DNA from: an uncultured Gemmatimonadales bacterium
Lineage (GTDB): Bacteria > Gemmatimonadota > Gemmatimonadetes > Gemmatimonadales > GWC2-71-9
Reading direction: 5' to 3'
Length of the DNA: 64,000 nt
Assembly (NCBI GenBank): GCA_963739455.1
Contig: CAVUAK010000002.1
Coordinates: 192,001 to 256,000 of the forward strand
This document shows positions 21,813-33,304 of the stretch, piece by piece; positions within the stretch are counted from its first letter, which is position 1; each line of letters begins with the position of its first letter. The notes under the pieces were generated by a model, which had not been told where the DNA came from, did not search any database, and saw only the letters and a list, made by a program, of their open reading frames with translations. A program made the translations under genes and the position numbers.

Positions 21813-22664
21813 TCAGAGCCCCTTGCTCAGGATCACGTTGTCGATCAGCCGTGTGGACCCGACCCGGGCGGCGATGAGGACGACGGTGTCATCATCCGCA
21901 GTTGCCACTGGCTCCAGCGTCCGGGGATCCGCCACCGCAATATACTCGACCCTGATCCCCGGATGGACGGCCAGCCCACCCTGCATGACGCGTTCCAGCG
22001 CCGCCGCGCCATGCTCGCCGCTCGCGAATGCCATGGCCGCCGCCCCAAGCGCGCGGCTCAGTCCAAGTGCCTGATCGCGGTCGGCCGCTGAGAGAAATGC
22101 GTTCCGGCTGCTGAGCGCCAGCCCATCGGGCTCCCGGACGGTGGGCATCACCTCGATGGCCAGCGGAAAATCCAGGTCGCGCACCATCTGGCGGATGAGC
22201 GTTGCCTGCTGGAAATCCTTCTGGCCGAACCAGGCCCGCTCCGGCTCCACCAGGTGCAGGAGCTTGGCGACGATGGTCAGCACGCCGGCGAAGTGTCCCG
22301 GGCGGAACTCGCCCTCCCAGCGCGCGGCAGCCTTTCCCGGCACGACGCGGATCTCGGCGCCCGCGGGGTACATCGCCTCGACACTCGGTACGAACAGCGC
22401 ATCGACGCCACGCGCCACCGCCAGCGCCCGGTCGCCCGCCAGGTCCCGCGGATAGCGACTCAGGTCCTCATTCGGGCCGAACTGCGTCGGGTTGACGAAG
22501 ATGCTCATGACCACGGCGTCACTGCCTGCGCGCGCCGCATCCACCAGCGCGAGGTGCCCCTCGTGCAGCGCGCCCATGGTGGGAACGAGGCCAATGCGCC
22601 GGCCGGACGCGCGGGCCTTCGCGACCCACGCCTTGAGCTCGGCAATGGTGGTGAGTTCGATCAT
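21813..22664 (-). CDS. panC: Pantoate-beta-alanine ligase
   Basis: [50 protein letters not shown]. Confidence 0.97.
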   Translation of the reverse strand: MIELTTIAELKAWVAKARASGRRIGLVPTMGALHEGHLALVDAARAGSDAVVMSIFVNPTQFGPNEDLSRYPRDLAGDRALAVARGVDALFVPSVEAMYPAGAEIRVVPGKAAARWEGEFRPGHFAGVLTIVAKLLHLVEPERAWFGQKDFQQATLIRQMVRDLDFPLAIEVMPTVREPDGLALSSRNAFLSAADRDQALGLSRALGAAAMAFASGEHGAAALERVMQGGLAVHPGIRVEYIAVADPRTLEPVATADDDTVVLIAARVGSTRLIDNVILSKGL

Positions 22665-22686
22665 GCGATGGATGGATTCCTGCAGG

Positions 22687-23499
22687 TCACTCGAAGCTGT
22701 GTTCCCTGCCGGGGTACTTTCGCTGCCGCACCTCCGCGCCGAATCCCTCGACTGCTGTCCTGACCGCACTCGAGAGGTCGGCGTACTTTCGCAGGAAGCG
22801 CGGGTTGAAGCGATCGTCGAGGCCGAGCAGGTCGTAGAGGACCAGCACCTGGCCATCACAGCCTGCCCCGGCACCGATGCCAATCGTCGGGATGCCCACC
22901 GCCTTCGTTACGCGCTTCGCCAGCGCCGCCGGCACCAGCTCGAGCACCAGCATGCTCGCGCCCGCCTCCTCCAGCGCCTTCGCATCGAGCACCAGCTTCT
23001 CGGCGGCACGCGCCTCACGCCCCTGCACCTTGTAGCCACCGGACACCTGCACCGACTGTGGCAGCAGGCCGAGATGCCCCACCACCGGGATGCCCCGGTC
23101 GACCAGCGCGCGCACGGTCGGCGCCATCGCTTCCCCGCCCTCGAGCTTCACCGCATTCGCGCCGGTCTCGGCGAGCACGCGCCCGGCATTCCGGATGGCG
23201 TCCTCGATGCTCACCTGGTAGGTGAGGAATGGAAGGTCGACGACTATCGGCATCGTGGGCGCCCCGCGCCGCACGGCCGCGGCGTGATAGAGCATCTGGG
23301 GCAGCGTGGCACTGAGCGTCGTCGCATGTCCTGCCACGACCGTGTTCAGTGAGTCGCCCACCAGCAGGACATCCACGCCCGCGACGTCCAGCAACCGCGC
23401 GAACGTGGCATCGGCGCACGTGACCATCACGATCGGCCGGCCCGCCGCCTTGAGGGCGACCAGGTCGGGGATGCTGCGTGGACGGGCTTCAGCGCTCAT
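22687..23499 (-). CDS. panB: 3-methyl-2-oxobutanoate hydroxymethyltransferase
   Basis: LLVGDSL, DLPFLTY, VKLEGG, GHLGLLPQS, IGIGAG..DGQVLV. Confidence 0.97.
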   Translation of the reverse strand: MSAEARPRSIPDLVALKAAGRPIVMVTCADATFARLLDVAGVDVLLVGDSLNTVVAGHATTLSATLPQMLYHAAAVRRGAPTMPIVVDLPFLTYQVSIEDAIRNAGRVLAETGANAVKLEGGEAMAPTVRALVDRGIPVVGHLGLLPQSVQVSGGYKVQGREARAAEKLVLDAKALEEAGASMLVLELVPAALAKRVTKAVGIPTIGIGAGAGCDGQVLVLYDLLGLDDRFNPRFLRKYADLSSAVRTAVEGFGAEVRQRKYPGREHSFE

Positions 23500-23914
23500 G
23501 GCTCTCCAGCTCCGCAATTTCTCGCCGCCAGAACTCGCGCAGGGCGAGCCCGGGATGCGGCAGGACGAGGTCGGGCTCCGCCAGCGACAGGTCATCGTAG
23601 CGGACGATATCGATGTCGAGCGTGCGCGAGCCCCAATGCGCGAGGCGCACCCTGCCGTTGGCTTCCTCGATGGCCTGGCCCGCGTGCATGAGGTCGCGCG
23701 GCGGCATCGTGCTCTCCAGCAGCAGCATCTGGTTCAGGTACGCGGGCTGGTCCATCTCACCGAGCGGCTCCGTCTCCTCGACCGACGAGGCACGAAGTAC
23801 CCGTGTCCCCGGCAGCGCTCCCAGCGCGGCACGCGCCGCGGCAAGATAGCCCTCCCGGTCGCCGAGGTTGCTGCCGAGTGCGATGAAGACGCGCGACGGC
23901 CGCGTCGCGCTCAA
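23489..23914 (-). CDS. folK: 2-amino-4-hydroxy-6-hydroxymethyldihydropteridine pyrophosphokinase
   Basis: [30 protein letters not shown]. Confidence 0.93.
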   Translation of the reverse strand: MSATRPSRVFIALGSNLGDREGYLAAARAALGALPGTRVLRASSVEETEPLGEMDQPAYLNQMLLLESTMPPRDLMHAGQAIEEANGRVRLAHWGSRTLDIDIVRYDDLSLAEPDLVLPHPGLALREFWRREIAELESHER

Positions 23915-25992
23915 TGGTCGACGGCGAAGTGGCGCGCGATGCGCTGCAGCTCGGTCGCCACCTCACCCAGTTCACGGATCGCGCCCTCGAGGTCGGCCTG
24001 CCCACGCGCCGCGCTCGTCGCCTGCTCCGTGAGCGCGTTGGACTCTTCCCTGGCCCGCCGGGCCACCATGGCGACGCGCTCGATCTGGCTCGACAGCGTG
24101 TCCACCTGGCGCCGCTGCTGCGTCGCGGTTTCCGCGATGCGACTGGCGTGCTCGCCTGCCTCACTGGTGGCGCGGCTGATGGCATCGAGGGCAGTCGCGG
24201 CGTCGGTGCTGAGCTCCTCGACGCCGCCCACGATTTCCTGTCCCCGGCGCATCTGGGTGGTGACGCTTTCAACCTGGGCGCCGATCTCGCTGACGAGGGT
24301 ACCGGCTTCCCTGGCCGCGTGCAGGCTCTGCGCCGCGAGGTTCCGCACTTCTTCGGCCACGATGGCGAAGCCACGCCCCTCACGACCGGCGCGGGCCGCC
24401 TCGATGGCGGCGTTGAGCGCAATGAGATTCGTGGCGTCGGCAATTTCACGGATGGTGCCGATGAAGCCGGTGATGCGACGCGTCACCTCGCCCAGGGCCG
24501 CCACCTGGTGCGAGCTGTCGGCCACGAATTCCTTGAGGTTGACCAGCCGCGAAATGGCGTCGCCAATGACGATGCGCTTCTGCATCGCCACCTCGGCCGC
24601 GTCCCGGCTCGTCTTGGCCGCCGCCGCTCCCTGGTCCGTCATCGCCTGCGAATCGCGGGCGAGGGCCGCGGTGGCGTCGAGGCCACCGCGCACGAACGCG
24701 TCCTGCTCCGCCACCGTACGCTGGATGGCCCCAGACGCCTGGGTCAGCGCCGCGGCCGATGTGCGCAGCGACTCGGTAGCCCGCGCGAGAGCCGCGACCT
24801 GCTGGCTGATCTGCTCGACCGTGCTCACCAGCGGGCGTCGCAACTCGGCGATGTGGATCGCTGTCGCCACCTGCGCTGCGATCGTGCTCACCGCCGAGAG
24901 GTCCTTGGGGCCGTAGGCATTTCGCTTGAAGTGATCGATCTCGAAGGTGCCGAGGAGGTCGTCGCCGAAGCGCACGGGATAGATGAGGATGCTCTGGACA
25001 TCGGGATCCGCGGCGCTGATGCGCGGATCACGCCCGGCATCACGGATCATGACGGGCCGCGCGGTGGCGACCACCTCGCGGCGGAACGTCGCCAGCTCGG
25101 GAATCAGTCGCTCCCGGTTCGGGCGGCCAATCCTTCCCCGGTAGGCCAGCGTCACCTCGGCCCCGTTCCAGCGACACACCCGATAGTCGCCCCAGTCCAG
25201 CAGCCGGTAGGCCAGGCGCTCGATCTGCTCGAACGAACCGTGCAGGCCGGCGTTCCCCGTGATCGCCGACTCCATGAGGTGGATCTTGTTCAGGTCCTCG
25301 GCGGCAATCGCCTCCTCGAGGATGCGCTTCGTGAGCATGCCGATGGCCGTGAGTACACCCGCCACCGCCACCCATCCAGCCGGGGAGAGCGACTGCAGTG
25401 CCGCGATGACCACCACGCAGGCCCCGAGCGTGAGCAGCATCGACACCACTTCCCAGCGCAGGATGAGCAGCTGCTCCACCTGCTCCAGCTTGTCGCGCAC
25501 CAGCAGCGTGAAGTAGAACAGCGCCCGCGATGCGAGGAAGTACATCGCAACCAGGCTGAAGCCCGCAGGGAGGAAGTCGAGCGAGAGGCCCGGGCTGCCA
25601 CTCGCCTGCATCACCGCGGCGTAGACGCCGAAGGCGCAGGTGAAGGCGATGATCTCGCGGCCCGCATTGATGAATGCCACGCGCTGGGACTTGCGGAGCC
25701 AGATCGTGTCGGCGCCGATGACCCCCACGAGGATGGCCAGTACCACCGACGACGGCCCGACGGCCAGCGCACCCACCAGTACCGGTACCGCCACCTGCGT
25801 GAGGTAGGAGTACTTGCTGAGACGAACCGGGTACGCGCGCAGGAACGTGACCGAGGCAATCAGCGCCAGGCTCGAGATCGGCGCATTGATGAAGCGCTGG
25901 TCGGTCAGCAGGACCGCGGCGGCGAGCGCAATCCCGCCGATGGCGAGAAAGCGGGCATACAGGTCGATGACGCGATTGAGGCTCTGGCTCAT
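23911..25992 (-). CDS. Methyl-accepting chemotaxis protein with multi-TM N-terminus and GAF domain
   Basis: About 8 TM helices; GAF ([23 protein letters not shown]); signalling hairpin [37 protein letters not shown]. Confidence 0.92.
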   Translation of the reverse strand: MSQSLNRVIDLYARFLAIGGIALAAAVLLTDQRFINAPISSLALIASVTFLRAYPVRLSKYSYLTQVAVPVLVGALAVGPSSVVLAILVGVIGADTIWLRKSQRVAFINAGREIIAFTCAFGVYAAVMQASGSPGLSLDFLPAGFSLVAMYFLASRALFYFTLLVRDKLEQVEQLLILRWEVVSMLLTLGACVVVIAALQSLSPAGWVAVAGVLTAIGMLTKRILEEAIAAEDLNKIHLMESAITGNAGLHGSFEQIERLAYRLLDWGDYRVCRWNGAEVTLAYRGRIGRPNRERLIPELATFRREVVATARPVMIRDAGRDPRISAADPDVQSILIYPVRFGDDLLGTFEIDHFKRNAYGPKDLSAVSTIAAQVATAIHIAELRRPLVSTVEQISQQVAALARATESLRTSAAALTQASGAIQRTVAEQDAFVRGGLDATAALARDSQAMTDQGAAAAKTSRDAAEVAMQKRIVIGDAISRLVNLKEFVADSSHQVAALGEVTRRITGFIGTIREIADATNLIALNAAIEAARAGREGRGFAIVAEEVRNLAAQSLHAAREAGTLVSEIGAQVESVTTQMRRGQEIVGGVEELSTDAATALDAISRATSEAGEHASRIAETATQQRRQVDTLSSQIERVAMVARRAREESNALTEQATSAARGQADLEGAIRELGEVATELQRIARHFAVDH

Positions 25993-26783
25993 GCCGCCGC
26001 CTCCGTCCGATCCACGGCACCCCGCAGGCTCGACAGCAGCTCGCGGACGCCGGCCACACCGTCTGCCGCGAGGCGATCGACCAGCGCACTCCCGACGACA
26101 ACACCATCGGCGAGCCGCCCCACCCTCGCGGCCTGCTCCGCCGTCGAGATGCCGAAGCCGACCGCGATCGGGAGCGGAGACGCCGCGCGCACCCGGGCAA
26201 TCGACGCTTCGAGGTCGGAGGCAAGCGTCGCGCTTGCGCCGGTAACCCCGAGGCGGGAGACGAGGTACAGGAAGCCCTGCGCCCCCGCCACGGACCGCGT
26301 GAGCCGGTCCGGCCGCGTCGTGGGAGCGACAAGCCGAATCAGGTCGAGCGAACTCCGCTGCACCTGCTGCTCGATGCCCGGGTCACTTCCCGAGGGGAGG
26401 TCGGTGAGGAGCAGGCCCGCGATGCCCAGGCTTGCCGCGTCGCGGAGAAACCGCTCGATGCCGTACCGCATGATCGGGTTGAGGTAGCTGAAGATCACCA
26501 CCGGCCGCGACAGGCGGGCCTGTTGCACGAGCTCGAGCGTGCGCGGCAGTGTCATGCCCTGCTCCAGCGCGGCAAACGTGCTCCGCTGGATGGTGGGCCC
26601 ATCGGCCAGCGGATCGCTGAAGGGCACACCCACCTCAATGATGTCGGCGAGGGCGTCGGCGACCTGCAACGCCTCGCGGCTCACCTCGTAGTTCGGGAAC
26701 CCGGCTGTCAGGTAGGTGACGAGTCCGGGGCGGCGAGCCGCCCGCAGCCGGGCCCACGCGGCCGCGATCGGGGCGTCAGACAA
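25989..26783 (-). CDS. trpA: Tryptophan synthase alpha chain
   Basis: [48 protein letters not shown]. Confidence 0.97.
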   Translation of the reverse strand: MSDAPIAAAWARLRAARRPGLVTYLTAGFPNYEVSREALQVADALADIIEVGVPFSDPLADGPTIQRSTFAALEQGMTLPRTLELVQQARLSRPVVIFSYLNPIMRYGIERFLRDAASLGIAGLLLTDLPSGSDPGIEQQVQRSSLDLIRLVAPTTRPDRLTRSVAGAQGFLYLVSRLGVTGASATLASDLEASIARVRAASPLPIAVGFGISTAEQAARVGRLADGVVVGSALVDRLAADGVAGVRELLSSLRGAVDRTEAAA

Positions 26784-28246
26784 AGTAGTTGCCGACGGTC
26801 AGGCCGTAGCGTGTCGGGTTGGTCACCTTCACGATCGACCGCACGAAGTGCCCCGGCCCATCCTGGTCCGCCAGGTTGACGAGCGTGCCCGGCGCCGGCA
26901 CCGCGCCACCATTCACGTCGATCGCGATCCGCACCAGCGGACGGTTGAGCAGCGTGGCGTCGGGATTCGGCGCGTACACGATGGCCACTTCGAGGGTATC
27001 GAGGATGACGCACGTCCCGACCGGGATAGATGCCGATGAGGTTGATCAGCGCCTTCACCAGGATCAGGTCGTAGCCGCGCTTCGGGTTCTCCCACATTTC
27101 GCGGAGCACCTGGTCGGGCTCGATCGGGATCGTCTGGTAACTCCGACGCGTGGTGGCGGCATCGAACCCGTCGGCCACCGCCACAATGCGCGAATAGAAC
27201 CCGAGCTGGCGCGGACGGATCGGCTTCGGATAGCCGGTGAGGTCCGTCTTCATGTGGTGCTCGTGGGCCACGAGGATCGCCCGGTACGGGATCTCATCGT
27301 ACCCCCGCAACCCGAACAGCGTGAGGCCCCCGAGCCAGGGATGCGCCTGCATCGCCTTCCACTCGGTGTCATCAAGGCTGGTGGTCTTGTTGAGGATCTC
27401 GTGCGACACGCGCGCCTTGCCCAAGTCGTGCATGAGCGCCGTCATGCCAAGGTCGTAGAGCTGCAGGCGGCTCAGGCTGAGCTTCTTCCCCAGCGCCACC
27501 GAGAAGATGCACACGTTCACCGAGTGGGTGAACGTGTACTCGTCGTAGTCGCGGATGGTGGTGAGGCCCACGATCGAGGTCTCGTTGTTCAGCACCTGGT
27601 CCACGATCATCTGCACGGCGCGCTTCACCTTCTTGGCCCCGCTCGCCCGGCCCATCCGGATACTGGTGATCACCTCGCGCGTCACCGCCACGCCCTGGGC
27701 ATAGGTGCGCTTCGCGACTTCCTTCTGCCGCTCCTGGTCCTCGAGGTTCTCCTCGCTCGGCTGGGCCAGCTCGATCTCGAGGTGGGTCACCCCTGCCCCC
27801 TCGAGCCGGCTGCGCACCTCCTCGTACACGCCCTCGATGCCCGCGCGTGGCTGCAGGCTGAGGAGCACGCTCAGGAAGGCCTGCCATTCCCGCCGCTCGA
27901 CGCCGGGATGTACCCGGACGACACCGATCTCGTAGGCCCGGAACTGCGCGAGGATCTGGCTGAACGACGCGTAGTTGTCGAGTTCGAGGCGGAGGCGTGT
28001 CTGGTTGATGAAGATGAAGTCGCCCGCCAGGCGGATCTCGACCTCGGTCTCGGTGCGCAGGATGGTGACGGCAGTTCCCTGCAGGTCGTCGAGCGCCTTC
28101 TGCACCGTGGCATTCTCGACGGGATAGAGCTTGAGGCTCCGGAGTGCCGCGTACAGGTCGAGCAGCAGCCCGCGCCCGGCGGTGCGCAGTGCGCCGTCCT
28201 GCGACGGCGGTTCGCCCTGGCGCTGACCCGGCATGCCGGTGCTCAT
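26776..28246 (-). CDS. HD-GYP domain phosphodiesterase (frameshift ~27023)
   Basis: [38 protein letters not shown], then [14 protein letters not shown] 28246 overlaps HEAT gene stop. Confidence 0.88.
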
Positions 28247-29929
28247 GCCGCCGGCTGGCCCCGAAGCGCACGGCTCACCGCCTGGCGCACGACGAGGTCC
28301 TTGTCGTCGACCACCTTCTGCAGCACTGCGCGGGCCTCCGGCGTGCGGATGCGGCCGAGCGCCACCGCCGCACAGGCGCGCGTCTCCGGTCCCGCCTTGT
28401 AGCCGAGGAGGCCGCGCGTGAGCAGCATGCTCTGAAGCGTCGGAGATGGCGGTGGGCCCGGCGATGGCGCCGTAGGCCTCGAAGAACGCCATCTTCTCGG
28501 TCAGGTCGAGGTCCTTGCGTTCCGACTTGCCGAGAATGACGGGTTCGATGCGCTTCAGGGCATTGCGGATGCCGCGGGCGCCCATCGCGCGCACCGCCGC
28601 CAGGCGCACCGAGCGGTCGTCGTCGTCGATCGCGAGTTCCATGGCGGTCAGCGCACCGGGAGACGCCACCTCGGCCAGCGCCAGGACCGAGGCGAGGCGT
28701 ACCACCGGATCCGGCGAGCGCACCGTCTCGCCCAGGCCCGGCACGGCGCCCTGCAGCTTCAGTCGCCCGCACATCTCGACGACTTCCTTCACCGCAGTGC
28801 CAGTGGGATCGCGCAGCAGCTTCAGCACCTCGGCCGGGGAGCTCGCCGCGATGCGATCGGCCGCCTGCTCCAGCAGCTCGCGCACATGCGCATTGTTGAG
28901 CGTCGGCAGCCAGGTGACGATGGCCCCGAGCGCCGATGGGTGAAGTTCGCGCAACACCTCGGTGACATCCTCGTCGCCGGCCAGCGCGGCTGCGCCGTCG
29001 AGCGACACCATCAGCTGGCGCACGATCTCGGGCTCGCTCAGCTTCGCCTCGAAGGCGAGCAGCCGGTCGCGCAGCTCGGTGGAAAGGTGCGGAGCCTTCT
29101 GTACGAGGGAGCGTACGTCGCGCATGACCGACGCGACGGCGCGGAACTCGCCGGCATTGAGGAGGTTGGGCAGCAGCGTCTCGAGGACACCGATGATCTC
29201 GTCCCGGATCGCCCGGTCCGATTCCATCTCGAAGATGTCGTAGAGGGCGGCGAGGGCGCTGGCACGCGCGTCGCGCGCGTACTCCTGGCGAAGCTGCTCC
29301 GCCACGGCGGCGATCTCGTTCTCGTCCAGGAAGTAGAGCGTGCTGTCGAATTCCTCGAGGTCGACGATCCCGCCCGGCTTGGGCGGCGCCTCCTCGCGCA
29401 CCTGCTGCTGCACCTGCGCCGCCGACGTGGCGGTGTTGCCCCCCATCGCGCCCATCGCCTCGGGCACGACCTCGTCCCCGAAGCCCTCGACGAATCGGTA
29501 CGCGATGTGGTTGAACTCCTGTTCCCACAGCAGCGTCAGCAGGTCATCGCTCGCATCCTGCTGCATGAACCGCGCACGATTGACCACCTCGAGGAACCGG
29601 ATGATCTCCTCTTCCTCGACACCCTTCCGCAGGGTCAGCACCCGCATGCCGTCCTTGTACAGCGTCCAGGCGAGGCTCTCGGTCTTGGTGAGCTGGTGGT
29701 ACACCACCTGCTCCTCCCAGATGAAGTCGGTCTCGGCCACCTGCAGCACGAGGTCGTCGAGCACGGGCCAGATCGGGGCGAAGCCCGCGCGCACGTTCTG
29801 GCTGGCGCGCTGGTACATCGGGTTGTTGGGGAGGTACATCTGGAAGGCGCGGAGCGCCTTCACCAGGCTCTGGATGAGCTCGGAGACCTGTGAGGTCGGC
29901 AGGATCATCTCGTTCGGGCCGGCGGTCAC
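28243..29929 (-). CDS. HEAT/PBS-lyase repeat protein (frameshift ~28440)
   Basis: Repeats [52 protein letters not shown] 29929 overlaps trpB stop. Confidence 0.82.
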
Positions 29930-31129
29930 GCCTTCTCCCCGAGGATGGACGCGACGTGCGCGACGTCCTTGTCCCCGCGTCCGCTGAGACAGACGAGCAC
30001 CGAGGCGTCCGGCGCCCGCATCACCGCGCTGGCGAAGCAGCCACGCGAATGCGTGGGCCGTTTCCAGCGCGGGAATGATCCCCTCGAGCCGGCAGACCGC
30101 CTGGAACGCCGCCAGTGCCTCGGCATCGTTCGCGGTTTCGTAGCGCACGCGCCCGCTGTCGTGCAGCCAGCTGTGCTCTGGTCCCACGCCGGGATAGTCT
30201 AGTCCGGCCGACACCGAGTGCGCGGGCGACACCTGACCGTCGGCGTCCTGCAGCAGGTAGCTCAGGCTTCCGTGCAGGACGCCCGGGCGGCCGGCGGTGA
30301 GCGTGGCACTGTGGCGGTGCCCTTCCAGTCCCTCGCCGGCCGCCTCCACGCCAATCAGTTCGACTTCCGGGTCATCGAGGAATGCCGCGAAGACGCCGAT
30401 GGCATTCGAGCCACCGCCGACGCAGGCCACCACACTGCGAGGCAGCGCGCCGGTGCGTGACAGCATCTGTGCCCGCGCCTCCCGGCCGATGACCGACTGG
30501 AAATCACGCACCATGCGCGGGTACGGATCCGGTCCGACCACGGAACCGATGATGTAGTGCGTGGTGGGAACATTGGTGACCCAGTCGCGCAGCGCCTCGT
30601 TGGTGGCATCCTTGAGCGTGCGAGTGCCCGACTCGACCGGCACCACGGTGGCCCCAAGGAGCTGCATGCGATAGACATTGAGCGCCTGCCTTGAGACATC
30701 TTCCGCGCCCATGTACACGACGCACTCGAGACCGAACCGCGCGCAGACGGTGGCCGTTGCCACCCCGTGCTGGCCAGCGCCCGTCTCGGCGATGATGCGG
30801 CGCTTGCCCATGCGAAGCGCGAGCAGCGCCTGCCCGATCGTGTTGTTGATCTTGTGCGCGCCCGTGTGGTTGAGGTCCTCACGCTTGAGCCACACCGGCA
30901 CGCCGACCTGCTGTGAAAGCCGCGGCGCTGGCGTCAGGGACGACGGACGACCCGCGATGTCGGCGAGGTATCCCTCAAACTCGGCCCAGAACGACGCATC
31001 CTGCCGCGCGACGTCATACAGCTCCGCCAGGTCGTCCAGTGCAGCCACCAGCGTCTCGGGCACGTATCGACCACCATAGGGGCCGAAACGTCCCACGATG
31101 CCGCTGTCTGGCGTCACGCTAACCGTCAC
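29926..31129 (-). CDS. trpB: Tryptophan synthase beta chain (frameshift ~30030)
   Basis: [57 protein letters not shown]-terminus LSGRGDKD in ORF 29926..30126. Confidence 0.96.
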
Positions 31130-31769
31130 GGGCTACCTCCAGAAACCGGGCCAGCCGGGTGGCATCCTTGAGACCGGGTGCTGATTCCACCCCTGAACTT
31201 ACATCAACGATGTCGGGAGAAACGAGGGCAATCGCGCGCGCAAGCGTGTCGGGCCGGAGCCCGCCCGCCAATGCCATCCGCGCCCGCCCGATCCGGGCGC
31301 GCGCCGCCTGGGCCAGCGACAGGTCCAGCGCCACGCCAGTGCCGCCAACCGCACCCGGCACTCGCGGCTCGATCATCACTACGTCGGCACCATCTGCCTG
31401 CTCCAGGAGCCGATCGACATCATCAGGGCCATCGATGTGCTGCACCGCCCAGGCTGGCAGCTTTTCCCGCCGAAGCCGCATGCGCGCGGCCGCGTCATAG
31501 GCACCATGCAACTGAACCGCGCTGAGCCCGGCGGCATCGCGGAGCCGGAGAATCTCGTCGACGGCGTGCGAGACGAAGACGCCGACCACCGGCACGCCTC
31601 CACCGGCAGCCACGATGTCCCGGGCCATCGCGGGGCCCACTTGCCTGGTGCTCTCGGCGAAGACGACGCCGAGATACGCGGCACCCAGCCTGGCGGCGAG
31701 CGCGGCGTCGCCAGGACGGGTGAGACCGCAGATCTTGGCGTCAACGGCCACGACGCGCGACTCCGGCAA
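31119..31769 (-). CDS. trpF: Phosphoribosylanthranilate isomerase
   Basis: KICGLTR, VGVFV, VQLHG, GGTG, LAGGL, DVSSGVE. Confidence 0.95.
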   Translation of the reverse strand: MPESRVVAVDAKICGLTRPGDAALAARLGAAYLGVVFAESTRQVGPAMARDIVAAGGGVPVVGVFVSHAVDEILRLRDAAGLSAVQLHGAYDAAARMRLRREKLPAWAVQHIDGPDDVDRLLEQADGADVVMIEPRVPGAVGGTGVALDLSLAQAARARIGRARMALAGGLRPDTLARAIALVSPDIVDVSSGVESAPGLKDATRLARFLEVARDG

Positions 31770-32531
31770 ATTGGCGCGCCAGTCCGGCGGGATCGTCCGT
31801 GGCGCTCAACGCCGTGCCGATCAATGCCGCATCGGCCCCGGCCGCGGCCGCCTGGGAGACATCTTCCACGGTAGACATGCCACTCTCGGCGACGGCGACA
31901 ATGCCCTGCGGCACCAGGGCAAAGAGTTGCCACGCAGCGCGGACGTCAATGCGGAAGGTATCGAGGTCGCGGCTGTTGACGCCGACGATCTCGGCCCCCG
32001 CGTCGAGCGCCACGGCGATCTCGCTCGCATTGTGCGCCTCCACGAGGGCCGCGAGTTCCGCATCCGCCGCGAACCGGCGCAGGGATTCGAGGCGCGACGG
32101 CGTCAGCGCCCGGACGATGAGCAACACCGCGGATGCACCAGCGGCGCGAGCCTCGAGCACCTGCTCCTCCGAGAGGATGAAGTCCTTCCGAAGCACGGGC
32201 ACGCGCACCTGCGCAGCCACGGCGCGAAGGTCCGCCAGTGAACCACCGAAGTGGGGACCATCGGTCAGCACGGATATGGCGGCCGCGCCGCCGTCACCGT
32301 ACTGCACTGCCCTCGACGCCGGGTCGAGATCCTCGCGGATGCTGCCCGCCGACGGTGAGCGCCGCTTCACTTCGGCGATCAGCGACACCGCCGGCACCCT
32401 CGCAGCGCCCGCCGGAACGACGGCCCGGCCGGTGTGTCCGCAGCCTGCCGCTCAAGCTCGCGCCGCCGCGCTTTCAGGGCGGGCAGCGTGAGCTCAGTCG
32501 TGGCGAGGATCTGTCCCAGGGAAACGGGCAT
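31741..32531 (-). CDS. trpC: Indole-3-glycerol phosphate synthase (frameshift ~32395)
   Basis: MPVSLGQIL.. then IAEVKRRSPS, ISVLTD, LRKDFI, LVEAH, GVNSRDL, AESG. Confidence 0.93.
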
Positions 32532-32538
32532 CTTGCCC

Positions 32539-32579
32539 TTCGGCAGGTATTCGGGTAATGTAATTCGGCCTCTGTTCGG
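32539..32579. promoter_or_regulatory. Two tandem TTCGG-N6-TTCGG direct repeats, candidate LexA (SOS) boxes in the divergent trpC/lexA promoter
   Basis: TTCGG at 32539, 32550, 32564 and 32575 (spacings 11/14/11), 25 bp upstream of the lexA ATG. Confidence 0.6.
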
Positions 32580-32604
32580 TCAGCCAATACCCGGAGCGTA
32601 TCGC

Positions 32605-33213
32605 ATGACCCTCACCAAGCGCCAGAACGAGATCCTCGCCTACCTGCGGGCGCATATCGCCGAACATGGCTATGCGCCCAGCTTCGAGGAAATCGCCGAG
32701 CAATTCACCTTCGCGTCACTCGCGACGGTGCACGAGCATCTCACCAACCTGGAGCGGAAGGGCTACATCCGCCGCCAGTACAATGAGAGCCGCTCCATCG
32801 AGGTGCTGCCGCCGCGTGGCACCGCGAAGGCCACGGAGATTCCGCTGCTCGGCAAGGTGGCGGCCGGCCTCCCCATCGAGTCGCTCATGCACGACGAGAC
32901 CATCGCCGTGCCCGACGAGATCCTGCCTCGCCGTGGTCCCAACTACGCGCTCAAGGTCGCGGGCAACTCGATGATCGACGAGCATATCATCGATGGCGAC
33001 TACGTGGTCGTGCACGGTCGCGAGGCCGCCGAGAACGGCGAAATGGTCATCGCCCTGGTGAACGGCTCCGAGGCCACCGTGAAGAAGTTCTATCGCGAAA
33101 CCGGTGGGTGGATTCGCCTGCAGCCGGCCAACACCACCATGACGCCGATGCGATATCAGGAGCGCGACGTGCTGATCCAGGGCGTCGTGGTCGGGATCAT
33201 TCGCAAGTATTGA
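32605..33213 (+). CDS. lexA: SOS repressor LexA
   Basis: LTKRQ..GYAPSFEEIA wHTH, VAA|G cleavage site, GNSM catalytic Ser, ATVKKF catalytic Lys. Confidence 0.97.
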   Translation: MTLTKRQNEILAYLRAHIAEHGYAPSFEEIAEQFTFASLATVHEHLTNLERKGYIRRQYNESRSIEVLPPRGTAKATEIPLLGKVAAGLPIESLMHDETIAVPDEILPRRGPNYALKVAGNSMIDEHIIDGDYVVVHGREAAENGEMVIALVNGSEATVKKFYRETGGWIRLQPANTTMTPMRYQERDVLIQGVVVGIIRKY

Positions 33214-33217
33214 CTGC

Positions 33218-33304
33218 GGGAACAGGGAACCGGGAACAGGGAACGGGCGCTCCTGTTTCGCTGTTCGCGGTTCGCTGTTCACGCAGTTTCAGTTCCCTGT
33301 TCCC
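33218..33304. repeat. Heptamer tandem repeats in inverted arrangement between convergent lexA and trpD; probable hairpin/terminator
   Basis: GGGAACAGGGAAC at 33218 and 33232; exact reverse complement GTTCCCTGTTCCC at 33292; GTTCGCT/GTTCGCG/GTTCACG 7-mers in between. Confidence 0.7.

Noticed and set aside
23914..26487. Long antisense ORFs (e.g. 23914..26487, 17661..19343, 50339..51910)
   Set aside because: Shadow frames opposite real genes, expected at this high GC; no recognisable motifs
26708..31129. 1473-aa ORF appearing to fuse TrpB, HEAT repeats and HD-GYP
   Set aside because: Each true C-terminus (Trp[13 protein letters not shown] ..RGQPAA*; HD-GYP ..GNYFV*) lies in another frame, with a stop overlapping the next start; frameshift artefact
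33218..33304. CRISPR array
   Set aside because: 7-bp tandem units without unique spacers; no cas genes in the window
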